DNA from: an uncultured Acidobacteriota bacterium
Lineage (GTDB): Bacteria; Acidobacteriota; Thermoanaerobaculia; UBA5066; Gp7-AA6
DNA length: 64,000 nucleotides
Direction: 5' to 3'
Assembly (NCBI GenBank): GCA_963764715.1
Contig: CAVXTP010000003.1
Coordinates: forward strand, 64,001-128,000
The notes under the pieces: generated by a model
What the model was told of the DNA's origin: nothing
Seen by the model: only the letters and a program-made list of their open reading frames with translations
The model's database searches: none
Shown: piece by piece, positions 55,637-64,000 of the stretch
Layout: every line of letters begins with the position of its first letter
Numbering within the stretch: the first letter of the stretch is position 1
Made by a program: the position numbers and the translations under genes

Positions 55637-56584
55637 ATGAGCGGCCGGGCGGCGCACCTCGCCCTGTGGACCGGCGTCCTGCTGATGATCGTCCGCGTGT
55701 CGGGCGCGCAACAGGTCCTGTACGGCGGCAACCAGTGGCTGCAGGTGGAATCCGCCAATACGGGCTGGCTCGTGCGCGTAGACCCGGAGACCGGCGCCTC
55801 GACTCCGATCGGGAAGCCGGCGGGTGTGGCTCGACTATCGGGTCTGGCGTTCGACGAGGCCGGAACGCTGTGGGCGTCGACCGTCACCGGAACTCCTTCC
55901 GGCACGCTGCGCACCAGCACCCTCATCACGCTCAATCCTGCCGACGGATCCCTGCTTTCGACGATCGGCCCGATCCTCGACGGCCCCGGCGGAGCGCCGA
56001 TGGGCATCGAAAGCCTCGCCATCCAGCCGGGCACGGATGCCCTCTTCGGAACGCGGGGCATCTCCGACCAGAATCTCGTTCACGCGGCCGACATCTATCG
56101 CATCGACAAGGCGACCGGAGTGGCCACCCTGTACATCGACAACAACAACGCCAACAGGGAATCCTCGATCGCGTTTGCGCCCGACGGCTCGCTCTATCAG
56201 ACGGTGTCGACCTGCTGCGCGGTCTTCGGCGGTAATCCCCGGTTCCAGATCCTCGAGCCGTCCTCGGGTGCCGTCCAGAAGACCTGGCCCGCCCCGAAGT
56301 ACTTCAAGGCGCTGGCGGTGGGGGAAGACGGAGTTCTCTTCGGGGCCGCCCCGAAAGACATCCTCGGAACCGACGTCTCGGAGCTCTACCGGATCGACCC
56401 GGGAACGGGCGTCGCCGACCTGATCGGCGAAACCGGCCACAATCCGATCGGCGCGCTCGTCTTCGGACCGAATGCCGCGCCGTCCTGCACGCTCGACGAC
56501 TCGTGCTCCGAGCCGAGATCCCCCGTCCTCCGGACCGGCGCCGAGCACCCCGGCCCGCGCGGGGTCGTCCGGCCGCCGCCCTGA
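55637..56584 (+). CDS. Secreted hypothetical protein, probable beta-propeller
   Basis: Signal-like N-terminus; repeated (L/Y)RIDPxTG..IG and GLAF/IAF blade motifs; Pro/Arg-rich tail. Confidence 0.65.
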   Translation: MSGRAAHLALWTGVLLMIVRVSGAQQVLYGGNQWLQVESANTGWLVRVDPETGASTPIGKPAGVARLSGLAFDEAGTLWASTVTGTPSGTLRTSTLITLNPADGSLLSTIGPILDGPGGAPMGIESLAIQPGTDALFGTRGISDQNLVHAADIYRIDKATGVATLYIDNNNANRESSIAFAPDGSLYQTVSTCCAVFGGNPRFQILEPSSGAVQKTWPAPKYFKALAVGEDGVLFGAAPKDILGTDVSELYRIDPGTGVADLIGETGHNPIGALVFGPNAAPSCTLDDSCSEPRSPVLRTGAEHPGPRGVVRPPP

Positions 56585-56664
56585 CGCACGCCTCGTTTCG
56601 TTCGGCGTCGCCGTCTCGACTTCTCCTCGCGAACGCCGCGCGTCCGATGCCACAATAGCCGCGC

Positions 56665-58023
56665 ATGTCCCTGGCGAAAGTCATCGGTCCGGACATCGAG
56701 GAGCTGATCCGCGACCATCCGGAACAGCTGCCGGCGGCGCTCGCGAACATTCACCCGGCCGACATCGCCGAGCTCCTCGACGACCTTCCGCGCGAGGACC
56801 GCCTCGTTCTCTTCGAGGCGTTGCCCGTCGAGCAGGGCGCCGCGCTCCTCTCCGAGCTCAAGGGCGAGACGCTCCGCCTCGTCCTCCACAGCGCCTCGCC
56901 GGCGAAGCTCGGCTCGATGCTCGACCGGCTCCCGGCCGACGAAGTCACCTTCCTCCTCGAGCACCTGACCCAGCGCCAGCGCGAGGCGATCCTCGCGAAG
57001 ATGTCGCCGCGCGACGCCGCGGAGGTCGAGCGCCTCCAGCGCTACCCGCCGCAGACGGCGGGCCGCATCATGACCGAGAAGTTCGCCAAGATCCGGCCCG
57101 ACTGGACCGCGGCGGAGACGCTCGATCACCTCAAGCGCATCGACCCCGAGGTCGAGACCGTCCAGAGCCTCTACGCCGTCGACGACGCCGGCCGGCTCGT
57201 CGGGTACGTCGCGCTGCGCAAGCTCTTCCCCGCCCCGCCGGACCGGAAGATCTCCGACCTGATGGAGCGGCGCCTCCTCACCGTCCGCTCCGACGCCAGC
57301 CAGGAAGAGGCGGCGAGGCTCGTCTCCAAGTACGACGTGCACGCGATCCCCGTCATCGACGCGGACAACAAGCTGCTCGGAATCATCACCGTCGACGACG
57401 TCATCGACATCCTGATCGAGGAGCAGACGAAAGACGTCCTGCACCTCGGCGGCGTCTCGGCCACCGAGGAGGAAGTCGAGCAGGGCTACTTCGCCTCGAA
57501 GCCGTGGAGGAACGTGCGCCTGCGATTCAACTGGCTGCTCCTCCTCTTCGTGACCGAGACGCTCACGGGCACGGTGCTCCGGCACTACGAGGACGAGATC
57601 GCGAAGGTCGTCGCCCTTTCCTTCTTCATCCCGCTCCTGATCGGCACGGGCGGCAACTCCGGCTCCCAGACGGTCACGACCATCGTCCGCGGCCTCGCCG
57701 TCGGCGAGATCCGGCTGCGGGACTTCGCGCGGGTCCTGGCGCGCGAGGGCGGCAGCGGCCTCGCCCTCGGGATCCTCCTCGGGTTCGTGGGGTTCGGCCG
57801 CGCCCTGCTCTGGGGCTCGACGACGCCGCTCGCCATGACCGTCGGGGTCTCGATCCTCGTCATCTGCACCTGGGCGAACACGGTCGGCGCGATGATCCCC
57901 ATGCTCGCCACCGTCTTCAAGATCGACCCGACGGTGATGTCCGCGCCCCTGATCGCGACCCTGGTGGACGCGACCGGCCTGATCATCTATTTCACGATCG
58001 CCAAATCGTTTCTGGGGCTGTAG
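56665..58023 (+). CDS. mgtE: Magnesium transporter MgtE
   Basis: HPADIAE, TAGRIMT, CBS pair, GIITVDDV, PLLIGTGGNSGSQ, DPTVMSAPLIATLVDATG. Confidence 0.95.
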   Translation: MSLAKVIGPDIEELIRDHPEQLPAALANIHPADIAELLDDLPREDRLVLFEALPVEQGAALLSELKGETLRLVLHSASPAKLGSMLDRLPADEVTFLLEHLTQRQREAILAKMSPRDAAEVERLQRYPPQTAGRIMTEKFAKIRPDWTAAETLDHLKRIDPEVETVQSLYAVDDAGRLVGYVALRKLFPAPPDRKISDLMERRLLTVRSDASQEEAARLVSKYDVHAIPVIDADNKLLGIITVDDVIDILIEEQTKDVLHLGGVSATEEEVEQGYFASKPWRNVRLRFNWLLLLFVTETLTGTVLRHYEDEIAKVVALSFFIPLLIGTGGNSGSQTVTTIVRGLAVGEIRLRDFARVLAREGGSGLALGILLGFVGFGRALLWGSTTPLAMTVGVSILVICTWANTVGAMIPMLATVFKIDPTVMSAPLIATLVDATGLIIYFTIAKSFLGL

Positions 58024-58032
58024 GACGGGTCT

Positions 58033-58168
58033 GGGGTCAGGTCTTCATTTTTCGGCTCTCGGAAACAGTGAGCGACGGCAGAAAAATGAAGACCTGACCC
58101 CGCTTTGCCTTTTTTCGGCTCTCGGAAACAGTGAGCGACGGCAGAAAAATGAAGACCTGACCCCGCTT
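58033..58168. repeat. REP/REPIN-like element: perfect 21-bp inverted repeat plus 58-bp direct duplication
   Basis: GGGGTCAGGTCTTCATTTTTC (58033-58053) pairs with GAAAAATGAAGACCTGACCCC (58081-58101); 58048-58105 is repeated at 58111-58168. Confidence 0.85.
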
Positions 58169-58225
58169 CGCCTCCTGCCTCCTGCCTTTGATACCATCCC
58201 CCGCTCGATCAAGCATGGAGGCCTC

Positions 58226-59062
58226 ATGAGCACACCCGCCAAGACCCGCGACTGGACGAGCCCGGAGCTCGACCACCCCGTCATCAACTACCGCGCCGCC
58301 GACGGCATCGCGGTCATCGAGATCGACGATCCGCCCGCCAACACCTACACCTACGCGATGAACCGCCAGCTCGACGAGGCGATCCTCAAGGCCCGCTTCG
58401 ACGACGACGTCCACGTCCTCGTGCTGCGGGGCAAGGGCGACCGCTTCTTCTCGGCCGGGGCGAACATCGGCATGCTGAACGCCGTCTCGCCCGGCTTCAA
58501 GTACTTCTTCTGCCTGCACGCCAACGAGACGCTGCTGCGCCTCGAGCACACCCCGAAGCTCGTCATCGCGGCCCTCAACGGCCACACCGTCGGAGGCGGC
58601 CTCGAGATCGCGATGGCCTGCGACCTCCGGATCGCCCGCAAAGACGCGGGCAAGATCGGCCTGCCGGAGGTCACCCTGGGCGTCCTTCCGGGCACGGGCG
58701 GCACGACGCGACTGACCAAGATGGTCGGCAAGTCGAAGGCGATCGAGCTCATGATCACGGGCAACACCTTCTCCTTCGAGGAGGCGCTCGAGATGGGCAT
58801 CGTCAACCAGGTCATCGACGCGACGCCCGAGGAGTGGTGGGAGCAGGTCATGGACTACGCCCGCCAGTTCGTGCCGCCGAACAAGGCCTCGAAGGCCGTG
58901 GGTCGCATCAAGCGGTCGGTCAATGCCTCCTGCGACCTCCCGATCGAGTCGGCGCTGGCCGTCGAGCGCGAGCTCCAGCAGCTCCTCTTCCAGAGCGACG
59001 ACGCGAAGGAAGGCATCGCCGCCAACCAGGAGAAGCGGGTGCCGAAGTTCAAGGGGAAGTGA
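58226..59062 (+). CDS. Enoyl-CoA hydratase/isomerase (crotonase) family protein
   Basis: FFSAGANI, ALNGHTVGGGLEIAMACDLR, GLPEVTLGVLPGTGGT; GGAGG RBS. Confidence 0.92.
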   Translation: MSTPAKTRDWTSPELDHPVINYRAADGIAVIEIDDPPANTYTYAMNRQLDEAILKARFDDDVHVLVLRGKGDRFFSAGANIGMLNAVSPGFKYFFCLHANETLLRLEHTPKLVIAALNGHTVGGGLEIAMACDLRIARKDAGKIGLPEVTLGVLPGTGGTTRLTKMVGKSKAIELMITGNTFSFEEALEMGIVNQVIDATPEEWWEQVMDYARQFVPPNKASKAVGRIKRSVNASCDLPIESALAVERELQQLLFQSDDAKEGIAANQEKRVPKFKGK

Positions 59063-60507
59063 GTCCCCTGAAGACCGAGCTCTTCATCGACGGGAAGTTT
59101 TCTCCCGCCGAATCCGGAAAGACGTTCCCGACGGTCAATCCCGCGACCGGCGAGACGATCGCCGAGGTCGCCGAGGCCGGCACGGCGGACCTCGACCGGG
59201 CCGTCGCGGGCGCCCGCAAGGCCTTCGCGTCCGGGCCGTGGGCCGCGATGAAGCCCCGGCAGCGCGGCCGGATCCTCGTCCGCGCGGCCGAGCTCCTGCT
59301 CTCGCGCGCCGACGAGTTCGGGAAGGTCGAGACGCAGGACAACGGCAAGCCCATCTTCGAGTCCGCCAAGATCGACATGCCGGCGGCCGCCGAGTGCCTC
59401 GCCTACTTCGGCGAGTCCGCCGACAAGCTCTACGGCGACACGCACCCGGGCCGGCCCGACGCGTTCCTGATGACCGTGCGCGAGCCCGTCGGGGTCGTCG
59501 GCGCGATCACGCCCTGGAACTTCCCGCTCCTCCAGGCCATGTGGAAGATCGCCCCCGCGCTCGCGCTCGGCAACGCCGTCGTCCTCAAGCCGGCGTCCGC
59601 GACCCCGCTGACGGCCCTCCTCTTCGCCGAGCTCCTGACCGAGGCGGGCCTGCCCCCCGGCGCCTTCCAGGTCGTTCCGGGGCCCGGCGCCCTCGTCGGC
59701 CAGGCCATGGCGGAGCACCCCGGCATCGACAAGATCTCGTTCACCGGCGAGACCGAGACGGGCAAGTCGATCCTCCGGGCCGCCGCCGGGACGGTCAAGC
59801 GCGTGTCCATGGAGCTCGGCGGCAAGTCTCCCAACGTCGTCTTCGCCGACGCCGACCTCGACGCCGCCGCCCGGGGCGCGATCAACGCGATCTTCTACGG
59901 GAAGGGCGAGCTCTGCTCGGCGGGCTCGCGCCTGCTCGTCGAGGCGTCGATTCACGACGCGCTCATGGAGAAGGTGGTCGAGCGGGCGAAGAAGATGGCC
60001 CCGGGCGACCCGATGGACCCGAAGACCCGCCTCGGCGCCCTCGTCTCCGAAAAGCAGCGCGACAACGTGGCGCGCTACGTCGAGGCCGGAAAGAAGGACG
60101 GGGCGAAGCTCGTCGCCGGGGGGAACCGCGCCTCGGTCAACGGGAAGGGCGCGTTCTTCGAGGCGACCGTCTTCGACGGCGTGACGCCGCAGATGACGAT
60201 CGCTCGCGAGGAGATCTTCGGCCCCGTCCTCGCGACCCTCACGTTCGAAGGCGAGGAGCAGGCCGTGACGATCGGCAACTCCACGATCTACGGCCTCGCC
60301 GCGGCGGTCTGGTCGAAGGACATCAAGAAGGCGCTCCGCACCGCGAAGGCGCTGCAGGCCGGCACGGTCTGGATCAACGCCTACAACCTCTACGACCCGG
60401 GCCTGCCCTTCGGCGGCTACAAGGAATCGGGCTTCGGCCGCGAGCGCGGAAGGTACGCCCTCGAGGAATACACGCAGGTCAAGAGCATCTGGGTGGATCT
60501 GACGTAG
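59059..60507 (+). CDS. Aldehyde dehydrogenase (GTG start)
   Basis: ITPWNFP, LKPA, SFTGET, MELGGKSP, GELCSAGSR, EEIFGPV, PFGGYKESGFGRE. Confidence 0.95.
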   Translation: MSPLKTELFIDGKFSPAESGKTFPTVNPATGETIAEVAEAGTADLDRAVAGARKAFASGPWAAMKPRQRGRILVRAAELLLSRADEFGKVETQDNGKPIFESAKIDMPAAAECLAYFGESADKLYGDTHPGRPDAFLMTVREPVGVVGAITPWNFPLLQAMWKIAPALALGNAVVLKPASATPLTALLFAELLTEAGLPPGAFQVVPGPGALVGQAMAEHPGIDKISFTGETETGKSILRAAAGTVKRVSMELGGKSPNVVFADADLDAAARGAINAIFYGKGELCSAGSRLLVEASIHDALMEKVVERAKKMAPGDPMDPKTRLGALVSEKQRDNVARYVEAGKKDGAKLVAGGNRASVNGKGAFFEATVFDGVTPQMTIAREEIFGPVLATLTFEGEEQAVTIGNSTIYGLAAAVWSKDIKKALRTAKALQAGTVWINAYNLYDPGLPFGGYKESGFGRERGRYALEEYTQVKSIWVDLT

Positions 60508-60514
60508 AACTCCT

Positions 60515-60554
60515 CCCTCTCCATCCTTCGGGGGGAGAGGGCCGGGGTGAGGGG
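60515..60554. repeat. CCCTCTCC/GGAGAGGG-GGGGTGAGGG type REP-like hairpin element
   Basis: CCCTCTCC..GGAGAGGG stem followed by CCGGGGTGAGGGG, a widespread bacterial intergenic repeat shape. Confidence 0.65.
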
Positions 60555-60559
60555 GGAGA

Positions 60560-62518
60560 ATGGTCTCGTCGGTCCTCTTCCTGACCGCGCTCCTCGCGTC
60601 TCCCAACGCGAGCGCGCCGCCGGCGATCGAGACGGTCTTCGCGTCGCTCGAGAAGGTCCGCGGGTTCCACGACGCCTCGATCTCGCCGGACGGCCGGCGG
60701 GCCGCGTGGTCGGAGAAGCTGCCCGATACCTCCGGCATCGCCCGCCTGGGAACGATCCGGGTGGCGGACCTCGCGACCGGCGCCTCCCGGCCCGTGTCGG
60801 CGGCCGCGGACGGCAAGCCCCGGCGCGAGATCGAGCCCGTCTTCTCCCCCGACGGCCACTCGATCGCGTTCCTTTCCGACGCCGCGACCCGCGGGCAGCT
60901 CCAGGTGTGGGTCGCGCCGGCCGCCGGCGGCGCGGCACGGCGACTGACGACGGTCAAGGGGCAGCTCCAGGAGCTGCGGTGGTCGCCGGACGGGCGGTCG
61001 CTCTCGTTCCTCTTCGTCGAAGGCTCGACGCAGGAGACCGGCGCCCTCGTCGCCCACGCCCGCGACGCCGGGCCCGTCGAGGAGAAGCCCGAGATCCAGC
61101 GCATCGCGGTCGTCGAGGCCGCGACGGGCCGGACGCGATCGGTCTCGCCTCCCGCGCTCTTCGTCTACGACTACGACTGGTCCCCCGACGGGAAGACCTT
61201 CGCGGCCGAGGCGGCCGTCGGCTCGGGCACCAACAACTACTGGACCGCCGAGCTCTACCTCGTCGACTCCGCCACCGGAAAAGCCGACTCGATCTGGAAG
61301 CCGCCCCTCCAGATCGCGTGTCCCCGCTTCTCGCCGGACGGCCGGGCGATCGCCGTGATCCACGGGATCATGAGCGACGAAGGCTCCAACGGCGGCGACG
61401 TGTGGGAGGTCCCGGCCTCGCGCGGCGGCGGCTCCCCGCGCAACCTGACGCCCGGCATGCGCTGGTCCGCGGCGAGCCTCGCCTGGCGCTCCGCGGGCGA
61501 GCTGCTCTTCGCGGGGCCCGTCGACGGCGGATACGGCCTCGCCTCGATCGACCCGGCGACGGGCCGGCTCACGGTCCGGTTCACGGGCGCCGAGAAGCTC
61601 GGCCATTTCGGGACGGCGACGCGGGGCGAGGCGACCGTCGCGATCCGCGAGTCGTTCCAGGACCCGCCGGAAGTGTGGGCCGGCCCGATCGGGGGCTGGA
61701 AGAAGCTCTCGTCCGCCAACGCGAAGGCTCCCCGGTTCTGGGGCGAGGCGCGGTCGCTCCACTGGCAGAGCGACGGCGCGAACGTCCAGGGCTGGCTCCT
61801 CTACCCGCCGGACTTCGACCCGTCGCGCAGATACCCGATGATCGTCGTGGCGCACGGCGGGCCGTCGGGCGCCGCCACGGCGTCCTGGCCCTCGCGCTGG
61901 CAGGGAACGCTGCCGTCCCGCGGCTACTTCGTCTTCCAGCCCAATCCCCGCGGGAGCTTCGGCTTCGGCGAGGCGTTCGCCGAGGGGAACGTCAAGGACT
62001 TCGGCGGCGGGGACCTGCGCGACATCCTCGCGGGCGTCGACGCGGCCCTCGCGGCCGCTCCGATCGACGACCGCCGGCTCGGCATCACCGGCTGGAGCTA
62101 CGGCGGGTACATGACGATGTGGGCCGTCACGCAGACCGACCGCTTCGCCGCGGGTGTGGCGGGCGCGGGGATCGCGAGCTGGCAGAGCTACTACGGTCAG
62201 AACAAGATCGACACGTGGATGCTGCCGTTCTTCGGCGCGTCCGTCTACGACGACCCGAAGGTCTACGCGAAGTCCTCGCCGATCGAGTTCATCAAGAAGG
62301 TGAAGACGCCGACGCTCGTGCTCCACGGCGAGCGCGACTCCGAGGTCCCGACGCCCCAGGGCTACGAGTTCTGGCACGCGTTGAAGACGCTCGGCGTCCC
62401 GACGCAGCTCGTCATCTACGCCGACGAGGGCCACGGCATCCGCAAGCCCGAGAACCAGCTCGACATCCTGCGCCGGAGCGCCGACTGGTTCGACCGGTAC
62501 CTGCGCCCGGGCCGCTGA
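60560..62518 (+). CDS. Secreted S9 family (acylaminoacyl/dipeptidyl) serine peptidase
   Basis: Signal peptide, PD40-like SPDG repeats, HGGP, NPRGS, GWSYGG, HGERD, EGH catalytic motifs. Confidence 0.93.
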   Translation: MVSSVLFLTALLASPNASAPPAIETVFASLEKVRGFHDASISPDGRRAAWSEKLPDTSGIARLGTIRVADLATGASRPVSAAADGKPRREIEPVFSPDGHSIAFLSDAATRGQLQVWVAPAAGGAARRLTTVKGQLQELRWSPDGRSLSFLFVEGSTQETGALVAHARDAGPVEEKPEIQRIAVVEAATGRTRSVSPPALFVYDYDWSPDGKTFAAEAAVGSGTNNYWTAELYLVDSATGKADSIWKPPLQIACPRFSPDGRAIAVIHGIMSDEGSNGGDVWEVPASRGGGSPRNLTPGMRWSAASLAWRSAGELLFAGPVDGGYGLASIDPATGRLTVRFTGAEKLGHFGTATRGEATVAIRESFQDPPEVWAGPIGGWKKLSSANAKAPRFWGEARSLHWQSDGANVQGWLLYPPDFDPSRRYPMIVVAHGGPSGAATASWPSRWQGTLPSRGYFVFQPNPRGSFGFGEAFAEGNVKDFGGGDLRDILAGVDAALAAAPIDDRRLGITGWSYGGYMTMWAVTQTDRFAAGVAGAGIASWQSYYGQNKIDTWMLPFFGASVYDDPKVYAKSSPIEFIKKVKTPTLVLHGERDSEVPTPQGYEFWHALKTLGVPTQLVIYADEGHGIRKPENQLDILRRSADWFDRYLRPGR

Positions 62519-62728
62519 CTACGCCTTCAGCGCGTCGGCCCCGCGGAACGGCGCCCCGAGCAGGGGGGCGAGCAGGCACCGGTTGAAGGCACCGGCCGTG
62601 AGCGGGACGAGTCCGGCGAGCATGAGACGCGCATCGGCGTGGAGCAGGCCCCAGAAGATCAGGGAAAGTCCCAGGACGATCCGGATCCCGCGGCCCGCCG
62701 CGGTGGCCATGAACTTCGCGAACGCCAT
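62519..62728 (-). CDS. Small membrane protein, DUF2892/YgaP-like
   Basis: GRGIRIVLG..GLVPL..G..CLLAPLLG two-TM pattern; GGAGG RBS. Confidence 0.65.
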   Translation of the reverse strand: MAFAKFMATAAGRGIRIVLGLSLIFWGLLHADARLMLAGLVPLTAGAFNRCLLAPLLGAPFRGADALKA

Positions 62729-62835
62729 GGGGATCCTCCGCTCCCCAGTCTGACCGAGGAGCGTCTCCGGGCGAGCGATGCACTTGCATCAGTTCGGCCG
62801 GCGTTGCGGTATCGTCGGCGCCGACGGAGACCCCG

Positions 62836-63696
62836 ATGTTCCAACCGACGCTTCTCGCCAACCGATCCATCGTCGTGACCGGCGGCGGGTCCGGCCTCGG
62901 CCTCGCGATGTCGAAGGCCTTCGCCGCCCACGGCGCGAAGGTGACGATCGCCGGCCGCCGCGCGGAGCGCCTGGAGGCGGCTTCGCGGGACATCGCGGCC
63001 GCGGCGCGCGAGGGCGGCGCCGTCGAGACGTTCGCCGCCGACGTGCGTCAGCCCGACGCCTGCGCGGCCCTCGTCGCCCGCGCGGCCGAACGCTTCGGAT
63101 CGGTCGACGGCCTCGTGAACAACGCCGCGGGCAACTTCCTGGCCTTCTCCGAAGAGCTGACCCCGAACGGCTTCGACGCCGTCGTCCGCACCGTCCTCTA
63201 CGGAACGGTGAACTGCACCCTGGCCTTCGGCAAACACCTCCTCGAGCGCCGGGCCCCGGGCGCCGTCGTCTCGATCCTCGCGACGTACGCCTGGACGGGC
63301 TCCGCGTTCGTTCTGCCGTCCGCCTGCGCGAAGGCCGGCGTCATGGCCATGACGCGCTCGCTCGCCGTCGAGTGGGGCCACGCCGGCATCCGCTTGAACG
63401 CCATCGCCCCCGGGCCGATCCCGACCGAGGGCGCGTTCTCCCGTCTCATGGCGAACCCCGCCGCCGAGAAGGCGGCGCTCGGCCGCGTGCCGCTCGGGCG
63501 TTTCGGGAAGCCCGAGGAGATCGCCAACCTCGCGACGTTCCTGATCTCGGACCTGTGTCCGTACCAGACCGGGGACGTCGTCACGATGGACGGCGGGGAG
63601 TGGATCGCGGGCGCCGGCGAGTTCTCCGACTACCGCCGCGTGCCGCGCGAGGCGCTGAAGACCGCGTTCGACGCGATGAAGCCCCGGAAGGGCTGA
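62836..63696 (+). CDS. SDR, 2,4-dienoyl-CoA reductase-like
   Basis: TGGGSGLG, NNAAGNF, PSACAKAGV, NAIAPGPIPT, DGGEW. Confidence 0.88.
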   Translation: MFQPTLLANRSIVVTGGGSGLGLAMSKAFAAHGAKVTIAGRRAERLEAASRDIAAAAREGGAVETFAADVRQPDACAALVARAAERFGSVDGLVNNAAGNFLAFSEELTPNGFDAVVRTVLYGTVNCTLAFGKHLLERRAPGAVVSILATYAWTGSAFVLPSACAKAGVMAMTRSLAVEWGHAGIRLNAIAPGPIPTEGAFSRLMANPAAEKAALGRVPLGRFGKPEEIANLATFLISDLCPYQTGDVVTMDGGEWIAGAGEFSDYRRVPREALKTAFDAMKPRKG

Positions 63697-63706
63697 GGAG
63701 AAAGCG

Positions 63707-64000
63707 ATGCGACACCTCGTTCTGGGCGGAACCGGTACGGTCGGCAGCCTCGTCGTGCAGGGACTGCTCGCGAAGGGCGAGGCCGTGCGGGTCGTGACGC
63801 GCAGCGCCGACCACATCCCGGCGCTCCCGAAGGGCGTCGTCGGGGTCGTGGGCGACCTCGCCGATCCCGACACCTACGAGGGGATCTTCCAGGACTACGA
63901 CCACCTGTTTCTCCTGGCCGCCAACGGGCCATCGGACCTGCTGGAGGGGCTCGCCGCCGTCAACGAGGCGCGGCGAACGGGCGCCCGGCGCGTCGTCCAC
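63707..64000 (+). CDS. NmrA/NAD(P)H-binding atypical SDR, truncated by the window end
   Basis: Own translation MRHLVLGGTGTVGSLVVQGLLAKGEAVRVVTRS..GDLADP; GAGGAG RBS. Confidence 0.8.
   Translation, partial: MRHLVLGGTGTVGSLVVQGLLAKGEAVRVVTRSADHIPALPKGVVGVVGDLADPDTYEGIFQDYDHLFLLAANGPSDLLEGLAAVNEARRTGARRVVH

Noticed and set aside
58033-58168. Possible mini CRISPR array
   Set aside because: Only two direct units with identical interiors, no unique spacers and no cas genes; fits a REP-like palindrome.
1-64000. tRNA, rRNA, integrase, transposase, phage or defence genes
   Set aside because: No recognisable motifs; intergenic gaps are short and explained by promoters, terminators or repeats. A covariance-model scan was not possible.

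Overview
Very GC-rich bacterial DNA (roughly 70% or more by eye). Gene style suggests Acidobacteriota, possibly Thermoanaerobaculia, which is an inference. No rRNA, tRNA, CRISPR array or transposase was seen. 1-13.4 kb is a type IV filament locus: minor pilins FimT/PilV/PilW/PilX, a HEAT-repeat-PilT fusion coupled to a second PilT, a PilS/NtrB-type kinase, PilD, and three tandem GspG-like major pilins, each with its own sigma54 promoter. From 9 to 43.6 kb this locus is interleaved with a very large envelope glycosylation island of about 13 predicted GT-C-fold membrane glycosyltransferases: 5 YfhO-like, 3 GT87-like, 2 PMT/ArnT-like, a PIG-V-like, an unassigned one, and an STT3/AglB-like oligosaccharyltransferase with a degenerate WWDYG motif. 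The island also holds three GT2 polyprenyl-phosphate sugar synthases (one fused to a methyltransferase), a partial Ara4N pathway (arnC, split arnA, arnD) and wzm/wzt. The best candidate for an undescribed system is a pilus-linked, multi-GT-C periplasmic glycan assembly line. 43.7-64 kb is mixed housekeeping: ABC/FtsX/AttH module, amino acid permease, HAD, CADD-like protein, SDRs, ispH, TetR, moaDE, mgtE, enoyl-CoA hydratase, ALDH and S9 peptidase. Several frameshifts at 13.7-17.8 kb and one near 32.85 kb may be sequencing errors. All family calls come from motif recognition, not database searches.
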